Origin: Callorhinchus milii
Lineage: Eukaryota
Assembly (NCBI RefSeq): GCF_018977255.1
Contig: NW_024704743.1
Coordinates: 27,778,001-27,842,000 of the forward strand
Direction of reading: 5' to 3'
Length of the DNA stretch: 64,000 nucleotides
In this document: in pieces, positions 53,453 through 64,000 of the stretch
Position numbering within the stretch: the stretch's first letter is position 1
Layout of the letters: each line of letters opens with the position of its first letter
Position numbers and translations under genes: made by a program
The notes under the pieces: generated by a model
What the model saw: only the letters and a program-made list of their open reading frames with translations
Told to the model about the DNA's origin: nothing
Databases searched by the model: none

Positions 53453-54876
53453 CATCTGTAGTTTGATCCAACTTTGATTTGAGGTCTCAGAGTAGTGTTA
53501 TAATGTAAACATAATGACTGTGTGTATTTGGTAGTGTTCAATTTGCACACAGAAGCATCCCACAAGCAACTATGAAATGAATGACCATTTTTTATTCGGG
53601 GGTTGTTGGACAGCACACAGGGAGAAACTCTCTTATCTTATCTTTTCGAACATTGCAATAGGATCTTTAATAGTTTAATCTGAACAGGTAGATGGGGCCC
53701 TCGGTTTAACGTCTCCTCTGAAGGATGGATACATCAGACAGCGTCAGAGCAGAATTCCCAGTTGATTGTGGTGCCCGTCTGGTTATGGGCAAGAGTCAAT
53801 ATCAGTAAATGCTTTGCAAATTCTGTTGCAAATACCAAAGCTTCATTTTGACAGAAAATGTTCATTGAATGATCAACACAGACATCAAAATCCTTTTTTC
53901 TTCTCCAACCCCCCCCAATGACAATCTCCTTCTTCTGACCCCTCTACTATCCCATTGTGCACACATAATGTACTTACTGTTTCTTGGTTTGTTATAAATT
54001 ATTCAAATTAAAATCCAAATTAGGATTATAAATAGACTATGCCAAGGGCATCATCTAATAAAGCATACAGGTAATTTTGACAAATTACCAGTTGTCTGGG
54101 CAATTTCACTTGTGCCATATTTATTATGTCACATACCATATCTTCAGTTTAATCATTTTACTCTTTCAGTAAGATTGGCACATATGTCATGGTACATGTT
54201 TAAACACTGTTTGCAAATCCAGCAATAATCTTGCCAGATAATATACCAAGAGGCATCTTTAAAATGGGGATCTACCAGAATGATGGATGGTTAAAATTGT
54301 ATATAATAATAATCCTTGCATTTTGTATAGTGCCTTTTATGTTGGGAGGATGTCCCAAAGCGCTTCACAAGATTTACTGTAAAATGGAGTGACTGTGTAT
54401 TTGTGGGTGAATGGTCATATTTACTTTAAAGAATCATGTGGAATGTGCATTAATCTGCAGCATCTGCATCACGTATTTTCACAATTTTCCTGCTTTTTCA
54501 CAAGATTTTTGACAGGATTTTGAAACAGCATCACTTATGTTTTGGAAACTCCTGTTTGAAGCCACAATTATGTCAACTATGGGAATCTTTAACCAATGCA
54601 ATTGCTATGCGATCATCTAAAGTGTGGTTTCTGTTTTATTACCGCCTTGTGTTACAATATGCAAGGTTTCAGCTAGAAACTCACTTTAGTGACAAATGAC
54701 ACATTGCACCCTTCAGTGAGATACACCCCACACTGTAATTTGGTTGTAGCCTGGATCCCAAAGGGGGCATTAAAGTAAGATGCCTGTGTATTAATACAAT
54801 TTGTCAGTGCACACTTTAAAGCTGCCTGTGCTGTGCAGTGCTGACTTGCAGTATACTTCCTGAGCAATAAAAAAAG

Positions 54877-55190
54877 ATAATAATAATAATAATCCTTGCA
54901 TTTGATATAGCGCTTTTCACATCAGGAGGACGTCCCAAAGCGCTGCACAGAACACACTGTAAAGTGAATTGACTGTATATTTGTGGGCGAACACGGCAGC
55001 CAATTGCACACAGCAATGTCCCACAAACAGTCGTAGATTGAAAATGACCAATTTATTATTGGTTTTGGAGGGATTATTATTAGGCGTGTGGAGTAAGGAA
55101 ACTTGCCCAAAGTTTCGCCCTGCCTGGAATTGAACTTAGGTCTCTCGCTTGCAAAGCGAGGGCTCTAACCATTGAGCTACAGGACTCCAC
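54877..55190 (-). mobile_element. tRNA-derived SINE, family A, short form
   Basis: Highly similar to the 36980-37283 copy. Confidence 0.92.
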
Positions 55191-55696
55191 ACAAGATAAG
55201 CATGAAAAATATAGTCATGCACATTGGGTAATAATTGATACAATTCAATTATACAACCCAATTCACACGTATATGGCATGTTTTATGTTGGGAGGATGTC
55301 TCAAGGTGCTTGAATTGATAATGATCATGTGGGAGAAATGTCAAAACAAAACAAACTTCAAGTGACACAAAGATTGGTATTTTTAGTGATCAGCATAAGA
55401 TAGCCTCAGGAGGTTTAATTTCTGCCAAATTCATGAATACCTACTCAGCCCAGCTTGCTCTCACGTCTTTATGGTTTTATTGTTGCTCAATGCATCATTC
55501 CATTGTAGCTGCAAGGTACAGTACCATCACTCAATGGGAAGGGATGTGTGCTTGAGTTGTTGGTAGGAAGATGATGGTAAATGTTCTCACACATTTCATG
55601 CTGTGTTGCTGCTCAACAGAAAGCTTGCAGGAAGTTCCTGGTACTTGCCTCTCACCCAGTGAGGGCTCAAAGCTGCTCTTATCAGATGACAGATGG

Positions 55697-56012
55697 TCAA
55701 TTAGTGACTGTCCTCCTGGTGAGGTTGGGGGGAAGAGAAGGGGGATCTCCTTTGGAGCTGAATTGGCTCCAAAGTGATGAGCTTGGCAATGGATTGTTGG
55801 AATCAAGTCCCCACTTTGTGGTGGTTTTGATAGTACGGTTCCTGAGCTAGGTCTGCAGTGCTCCAAGGAACTGCTGATGATAAACCAGCCAGTGTGGTCA
55901 CTGAGGATAGGTGTCCTCCCGCTCGGCTCCTTTTAACCTGGCAAGGTAAACCCCTAATGGGTAGGGTGGACAAGCCGAGGGAGGCTTGCCAGACAGTGCT
56001 CTCAATGGCAAT
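55697..56012 (+). repeat. Unclassified dispersed element (family D)
   Basis: Colinear similarity with the reverse complement of 58795-59126, and with 12198-12280 and 18842-19255. Confidence 0.8.
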
Positions 56013-56091
56013 CTCCAACTCGTCTAAAGGTCTACTGCCAATAATCTATCCTGCACACGTCTCTCTAAATCCAATTTAGATGGATGGATGT

Positions 56092-56516
56092 ATGGAGTCA
56101 TGTAGCTCAGTGGTTAGAGTGCTCGTTTCGCAAGTAAGAGACCTGGGTTTGATTCCTGGCAGGGCAAAACGTTGAGAAAGTTTCATTTCTCCACACCCTT
56201 CTATTTACCTAGCTGTAAGTAGGAACTCAATTGTTAATTGATTGGCAGATCGCTTTTCCGGGGGTAATAATTCCTTCAAAAAAAATAATAATAAATTGAT
56301 CACTCATTGCCCGACTGCTTGTGGGACACGGTTGTCCGCAATTGACTGCCGCGTTTCGCCCACAAAATATACAGTTAATTCGCTTTGCAGTGTATTTCCT
56401 ATGTGAAAGGTGCAATATAAGCACAAATTAGCTCTTAAAATATCGTCACTACAAACCCTGTAAATCGAGTGAAACACTTTGAAAGGCGTTATACCAAATG
56501 TAGGAATTAGTATTAT
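56092..56516 (+). mobile_element. tRNA-derived SINE, family A, long form with disrupted 3' part
   Basis: Head and body are clear; an extra ~60 bp lies before the tail. Confidence 0.85.
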
Positions 56517-56554
56517 CGTTAAGTTGTTTTTGTTGTTGAGACCAGTATACAGCT

Positions 56555-56700
56555 TCCACACCCCTGTACTATTTATACACTTGTTTACTGTTTGCACACC
56601 TATGTACTATTCACACACTCGTGTTCTGTTTTCACACCATGTCCCATTTGCACACTCGTGTACTGTTTCTAACCCATGTACTATTTGCACACTGGTGTAA
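56555..56700. repeat. Degenerate ~19-20 bp minisatellite (CACACTCGTGTACTGTTTG-like)
   Basis: About seven recurring cacac..tgtact.ttt units. Confidence 0.7.
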
Positions 56701-58794
56701 ATTTCCACATCCATGGAGACCACCCAACATCACATGAAGATAAATACAATCCCAACTTTATTTCAAATGGTGATGTGATAATTTTGGAGGGATGGCTACT
56801 CGCCCATACAATTTGAGCAGTGCCTTTTATTGGCATGATAATTTTAAAATGAGTCTGTGTTTAGTTAACCCATGAGGTAAAATACAGCAACAATATGTGA
56901 TGCTGTGGAATGTGAGGTAGAGAATTTAAGGAGGAAGAGTTGGCAGTTTTATAGCAGTAGTATTCATGTTCTCTGTACTGTTAAGTGCTGGAATGATATT
57001 AAATGGAAATCCTCATTATCGCACACAGCTGAGAAATCAATAAAGTAATCCATCTGCAAGGTTTTATTGATGTTTAGAGAACAGGTGTCAGTAGTTTCTG
57101 ATTTATTAAACTTGACTTGATTTATCTGATGTGTTTTACATCAGCATTTTTAATTGCATGGTTTTGCTTTCAAGCACACTATTTGATATATTTCTTTGTT
57201 AACAATTTCTCTCTCCTCCCCCCATCCCTCCTCCCCAGCAGCATAATGTCAGAACCATCCTGTAACAGACTGATCCCATTGCAATGCTCTTGCGAACACC
57301 ACATGTAATAATCCAATCTACTTGTTATAGAATTTTTGCCATCTATAGTTAATCAATGTTATCAATTGAATTGAGTTTTATAGAGTGTATTGGATTACTG
57401 CGCTGTCCTTTCACCTGTAGAAGACGGACGCAAATCTAGCTTAGATTGGGATGGAGCTATTGTCCCATTATGGCTATCAGGTGAGGATATATCATCAGGG
57501 TGGCTGCTCCTTCTACGTCCACTAATACTCACGGTCCGAGGTCCAGCAATAGCAAACAGCACCACTTACTGTAGTCTACCACGCTGCGAAAATTGGAAAA
57601 AGATAAAGGTGGCAAAATCAACATTAGTCACCACTTATGCGAGTTTGAAATTGGTTTATCTAATATAATTGCTAAATAAACGTTGTAGTCTTCACAAATA
57701 TTTGTAAAATGTGCCGGTAAGATATTTATGTTTGAAAAAAAATGGGGCCGAATTATGAGTTACAAGTCGTGTGAGCTTGACTGTGTCACCAGGGGCCTGT
57801 TGTAACATCTCTTGCCTGCTTTTATAGAAACTGAGAACAATGATAGATTTTCACAGCTTTTCATCTGGGACTCGAGTTAAATCCATTGTGCAGCAGTGGG
57901 TTGGGTTAAAGGACAAGAGCTCCTCAGGGTTTTGGTTGACTGGCTGGAATTTCTATAGGCATCAGTCTAATGTGCATGTGGCTGCAGAGGTCAAAGACAG
58001 ACTAATCTGGGGGAAGAGGGACCAAAGCTGTCTCAAAAGAAGTGACGCCCAGCTCTCCAGTCAAGAGGGAAACAGCAGTGAGAGGCTTGGCAAAGCTCCT
58101 GAGAGCAAGTTGCAGGAATGAGACACTGAGAAAGCCTGTTAAAGGGGCTGCGTTGCTATGGTAGGCCATCTCACAAAGCATTCTATGCAGAGTCCGAACA
58201 CCAACGGGAATCAGTAATGAGGGGAGGTGAGGGCTGGGCACTTCTCTTTCAATTTGCTGTCTTGAGCAAAGAGCTTTTTTAGAAAGTTATTCCGGCTGTA
58301 ACATTTCGAACTTGTAAATTCTACACCCACTCATTTGCCTACAAAATGCAGTTATTCCTTTTCAGAGAAAATCCTGTGAAGCGCTTTGAGATGTCCTCCT
58401 GATGTGAAAGGTGCTGTAGCGAATGCAAGGATTTTTATTATTATTTATCAAAGGGTGTCAGAGAAACATGTGGTTTATATACTTTTCTTATTTGCCAATA
58501 AGAGTATTGTTTACTTATATATATATATATTATTATTTAGACTTAACAACAATAACAAAATTATATTTGTATAGTGCCTTTCACGTTGGGAGGATGTTTT
58601 CAGAAAATGGTTTACAAAGGACCTGAAGAGCCTGTATTTTGAGGACGAATGCACTGGTAGCATGTAATAATAATAATAATAATCCTTTCATTTGATATAG
58701 CGCCTTATCACGTCATTGAGATGTCTCAAAGCGCCACACAGGATACACTGTAAATTGACTGTCCACCAAATTCTTGGTTTATTAAATACAGCAA

Positions 58795-59126
58795 AATCTG
58801 TCACAAGCTTCTCGCTTATCCGGCTAGGACCACCCTACCCGTTTGGGCTTTGGCTTGCAGAGTTAACAGGAGTGGAGTCGGATAACTCCTTGCCCCCAGT
58901 GACTGGTCGGCCCTTTCAGGACCTGCAGATGAGTCAGTCTAGCTGTGCTGTCATCAACAGTACCCTGGAGTACTGTGGACCCACCTAGCTCAGGAACCAG
59001 ACTACCGAGCCCACCACAGAGGGCTGGCTCGATTCTGACATTCCATTGCCAAATATCTCACCCAGTTCAGCTCTAAGGAGATCCTGCTTATCTCTCCCTA
59101 TCCCTAAAGAAGATAGTCACTAATTG
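58795..59126 (-). repeat. Unclassified dispersed element (family D), inverted copy
   Basis: Shares caattagtgact, ggatctcctt, ttggcaatgga, ggttcctgagctagg and gggtagggtgg with 55697-56012. Confidence 0.8.
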
Positions 59127-60017
59127 GTTGCCACAATCCAATAGCACGTTCACAGCAAAAAGGGACAATGAGGGCCTCAAGGCCTCAAGTTTCGTAACTT
59201 ATCTGTGGACAACAAGAGCCTGAATATCACACTTCTTCACCACATTATGTCTGGGAATGAACCAAAATAAATCAAGTTAACAGCCGCTCCATAGACCAGA
59301 TTGACACAAAACTAAAAAAAACTCACATGGAAGCCAATTGTTGTGTGAAAGAGAAGGAGGTGCGAGGCCCAATCTTCGGGAGGCTTGCACTGCCACCTCA
59401 AGGTAGTTTAGTGTTAAACCCCAAATGGTTACAACCTCTGTCCATGTGATAACTCGCTTCAGTGCTAATTATCACTTTAACCAGTTTTTAAAAAAACTTG
59501 CAAGCTTAGCGTGGGCAGAGTAATTGCTCTACAGAAGAACAATGTGAAGCACCAGCCATCTTGAAAAATGCAAAGATGTGACTACATCAGCTTGCATAAC
59601 TCCGCTTGTGTAATTTTCTGAAAAAATAACTTCTCAGTGTGTAAAGAACCAAGAAGAAATGTAAAACACAAGGAAAGCATTAAGCAGGTGTCAAGGATGG
59701 AGGATCATTGGGAGCGCCAGATCTGAGCTCTCCCAATTACCAGCGGTTAACTTTTACTAAACCTAAGACTGTTTTCTTTCATTAACACGAGATGCCTTTT
59801 GCGATGTTATGATGCCATCTGTATCCTCTGTTTATTGATAACTATGCAGTACATCATGTTTAGCTATTGCCAGCACCTTCTTCCCTCTGGATCCAACTCC
59901 TTCAAACTCCTGGCTGCTCACTCTGCCTAACTGAGCCAATGTGTAATTTGGGTGTTTTGTTTGATTCTCAGTCATGTTTCACATTTACATATGACCTTTG
60001 ACTAAGACTCCCTTCTC

Positions 60018-60328
60018 TCAGGGCGAAACGTTGGGCAAGTTTCCTTACTCCACACGCCTCTGTTTACCTAGCAGTAAGAAGGAATCCGGTTGTTAGTCGA
60101 TTGGTAGATCGCTTTTTCAGGGGTAATAATTTCTTCAAAAAAATAATAACAATAATTTGGTCTTTCAATCCACAACTGTTTGTGGGCCACTGCTATGCGC
60201 AATTGGCTATTGCGTTTCACCCACAAAATATGCAGTGAACTCACTTTAAGGATATTCTGTGAAGTGCTTTGAGACGTCTCGAAGACATGATCAGGCACTA
60301 TATCAAATACAAGGGTTATTATTATTAT
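60018..60328 (+). mobile_element. Family A SINE, long form, 5'-truncated
   Basis: Begins at cagggcgaaacgttgggcaag and runs to the tail. Confidence 0.88.
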
Positions 60329-63100
60329 CTCCAGAACATTGTCTGCTTCTGTCCAATCTAATCCCCAATCTATCCAAACACTAGTCAATGCGTTCGGCCC
60401 CTCTAGTGCTCCCTTACTGCCCCCATCCAGACTTCATGCCCATATGGAACAAATCTTCACAGTCTGTATTCTCTCCCAAACCAGGTTCTCTTCCGCATTT
60501 AATTTTCGCTAGGCTCAAAGCCTCGCTGGTTTCCCAGTGGATTGAATCCCTTCACAATCTTGCTGCTCTGTATCTTCAGAATCTCTTCCCATCTATTCTA
60601 CTGCCCAATAATTATTACATGAAAACTGTTATTAAATGATGCATTTTTCATTCCCATAATCTTTACATTCTTCCCATCTTCTCTTTGGTTTTTCCTGTGG
60701 TGAAAAAGATAGCAAGTCTGCTCCTTGGCCTCTGCCAATGGCACATTGTAAAGCAGCTGCTGCAAGGTGCACAAAGTCTCATTCAGAACTCTGCTCACTC
60801 CTACTCTTTCCACCTCTTGCTCCCCTTTTGTCTCTCCTTCCCGGGTGCAGCCCAGGTTAGAAGCTCGCTCAGGCAGACATGATCTAAGCACAAACCTTGT
60901 ACCTAGCGTAATTTTGCCCACAAAGTACACTTTATAGTATATTCTGTGAAGCACTTTGAGATGCTTGATAAGGAGGTACGCCAAATACAAGGATTATTTT
61001 TATTATATAATGTGAAATTTCAAATCACCAGTTATCTAAAATGCTGCTTAAACATTAGAGCATATTAGTATATGTTGTTGTGTAACGGAGTGAGGAAAAA
61101 TAGAGGTCTTTAGGGTCCTATAAAAATAAAATGGGAGTCCAATTTAATGTTTCCGCTTGAAGGAATGATTATTTTACCCTGCTTGTTTCTCTTTAAAAGT
61201 TATTTACATTGTGTTATCCTATGCATGTGCCACTGTTCAAGGTCAAATCCCTTGACCTGGCATAATTGAAGAGATGAAAATCCTTACAGTTGTACTCCAA
61301 AATTGGTTGTAATTGTTTAATTTTGCAACTCTGTGTTTGTTCCGTACCTGATTCATCTGTCAAAAAAAAACAATATGAACAATTTCCATTAAAGCCTTCC
61401 CAAGGCAAGTAGGAATAACAAAGTCATAGCAATTAGCAGCAGCTTTGCAGAGCCAGTATGCAAGGGAGGGCGGGGGGGAGGAGGAGGGGTGTTGGGGTTA
61501 ATGCCAAGATACCAAACTGTATTAAGTACATTGGCATTAAGGTAAACTCATAAGGGATTAAACTAATTGTTTTGAAGTAAGGCAGCTTGCGGATTCCTAA
61601 ACTGAACCAATATTTTGAATTTGAACTATGTTCACCTTGAAGGGGGATTAATTAAAATAACATTTTGGCTTAGGTGTATAGAGTTTAAAAGTGATTCTAA
61701 ACTGAATGGGCTGAGCTGTACTGCAGCTTGCGTGGCTGTGTAAAAAGCCAAGGGTGCAATGGGAACCTTTGTGGATATTGCCTCCAAGACTCACTGGCTC
61801 AATAACAGACTGTTGGCTGGTTTGTGGTAAATGGTAAATAATTCTCTCTGTCAAGAGTTTCTCAACCACAGCACTTGTGATGTAGACCAGAGTGACCGTG
61901 GTGTTGCTACTGTACAGGAATACTACAATACGTGGGTTAATCTTGCTTGAGGTGCTTGTAAAGTCTCTTTAGGGAAGCTGCTAATGAACTGAATTGACAC
62001 CACCGCTGATAATCTGACAATGAAAATTAAAAAATAGTCGATTTTTAAAAAAAACCTTAGTATATATAATGAAAACATCAGTTGCCTGATGTCTCAGTGG
62101 GTAAAATGCACCATGTCGTGCTTTGTTGAGCCATTTAGAACTATACAAGTTCAAATTCAATCACTAGTCTGTGCTGGGTCAGATTATCTCAGACAGAAGG
62201 GCAGAGAGGGCACAGCAATTGACATCATTGCTCTTGGCTATTGCAACCACCTGTGGAACAGTATGCAAATTTAAAGAGAGGGGAAAGTAAAAGGTAATCA
62301 TTTCCCCTTTTAATTTTACTTTTAAGTTTCCTTCCTGTTTCTTTTGGCCTCTCTGACAATGCGGTACCTGGTTGAGAAGGTAGGCAGGTGACCCAGTCCA
62401 AGATGTCTTTCTTTATCTCTCTTGATCAGGGCAGTCTAAAGTGCAAGAGGAGGGGAGGGCATGATTTGTTTTTTCAACCCTCATGCTGTGTGGATATGCC
62501 CTCCTACTATTTTCCTTCCCCTCAACAGCACAGGCATGCAGGACATTGTGGGGCTGAATCCACATTCTCTCATTCCATTGGCATTGCAGTTTAGTGATCA
62601 ATGATGCTGAGCCAGGGTGTTACTGTTTGCTTTAAAGGCATATCTTTCTTCAGCTCGTTTTATTTGTAGCAAAATGTGACCGTCGTTGAGATTGTGATTT
62701 TTGTATCTGAAGATCAAAAAAAACGAACTCCTTAAAAATCCCAGAAACACACTAATCTGACAACAATCCATCTCTTGAAGGTTACGGGGTTTCCCCAGAG
62801 AACAGTTCACCTTTAAGTCAGCTCACAAGATAGTTAGAAACAGACCCTCTTTTAGAAATGTTTCAATCGTACAGCCAATACATTTGTTCTTAAGAAGTTA
62901 TATAAAGTGTAAGAATGGACCAACTGTTTTGCATAGTGAAACAAACTGTTCCTAGTTCCAGCAGCAAACATCTAGAAATTGTTGTTCAGAAGCAAAAGTA
63001 ACCTCATACCTCGTGAAGTTCCCATAACTTCAAATTAGCTTATTTATTCAAACGTAAGATAATAAATAAAACACATTTGTAGCGGCTCAGATTCAAAAAA

Positions 63101-63503
63101 TAAGAACATAAGAATTAGAAGCAGGAGTAGGCCATTCGGCCCCTCGAGCCTGCCCCGCCATTCAATAAGATCATGGCTGATCTTCTGACCTAACTCTAAT
63201 TACCTGCCCTATCCCCATATCCCTGAATCCCTCTATTTTTTAAAAAAATCTATCAGTCTCAGCCTTGAAGATGTTCAAGGACTGAGCATCTACAACCATC
63301 TGAGTGAAGAAATGTTTTCTCAACTCTGTTCTAAGAGGCTGACCCTTAATTTTAAGACTGTACTCTTTATTCTTCTGTACTCTCGAGAATACAGCCCTAG
63401 TTTATTCAGCCTATCCTCATAGGTCAGTCCCCTCATCCCAGGAACTAACTGAGTGAATCTACGCTGCACCCCCTCTAGGGCAAGTATGTCCTTTTTTAAA
63501 TAA
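63101..63503 (-). mobile_element. CR1 3' fragment with internal deletions
   Basis: Starts with a taagaacataagaa tail and ggccattcggccc hairpin. Reverse complement matches parts of the 52575-53452 CR1. Confidence 0.85.
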
Positions 63504-64000
63504 TTACATGTTAATGGACAAGACGGTGGGAGGGTCAGGTTAATTTTTAAATCTATTTCTTAACAATGCCTCCCCCTTGGATGTTTTACCAGGATCTAAA
63601 TCATGTTTATTGCTCTTTTGACCATTTTACAAGGTGACTTCCTCCTGAGTTGTTCACTGAGAGAAACCACTTTGTGTTTTGTGGAAGGTCAGGGAGTTGG
63701 GGCCAGGGTTCACGAGAAAGCAACAACAACAACAACAGAAAATCCGGAGCTGGAATTTTTCTTAAGGGAACATTTGCATTATCAACAGCATTTTCGTGCC
63801 CCTTCCTCCTACTTTTTAATGCCTGTTTCCTATTCCCTTGTCCAGAGGAGGCTGTAATCCTCTAGTTAGCATTCCAAGCTCACACAGCAGCTATTACTTG
63901 TTATAAAGTCTGGCTGAAATCGCATTACTGAAACCTGCTGCTTCTTGACTGAAACTCTTACCCAGGTAATTTGAATGATATTTCAGCCATGACAAATGCA

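Noticed and set aside
44608..64000. FHOD3 exon 4 (expected EKLYNSSGRDLRRALFSLKQIFQ-like)
   Set aside because: Not found by eye; it probably lies beyond the window.

Overview
Vertebrate genomic DNA, most likely a cartilaginous fish (inferred from the DeuSINE/L2/CR1 repeat content; not proven). The window holds the 5' end of the formin gene FHOD3 on the + strand: coding exon 1 (1050-1214), exon 2 (25887-25993) and exon 3 (44543-44607). All have GT-AG junctions and splice in frame to an N-terminal GBD/FH3-region peptide. Exon 4 was not found, so intron 3 probably extends past the window. The rest is intronic: simple repeats, an ~880 bp pyrimidine tract, three SINE families, truncated L2 and CR1 LINE fragments (some nested), MITE-like elements and long imperfect palindromes. 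Nearly all ORF-track entries are spurious. The least explained features are a four-copy dispersed element with apparently conserved base-pairing (one copy amplified into a 43-bp tandem array), two long hairpins, modular SINE/L2 tail sharing and upstream ORFs at the FHOD3 start. I found no convincing evidence of a wholly new biological system. Repeat boundaries were read by eye and are approximate.
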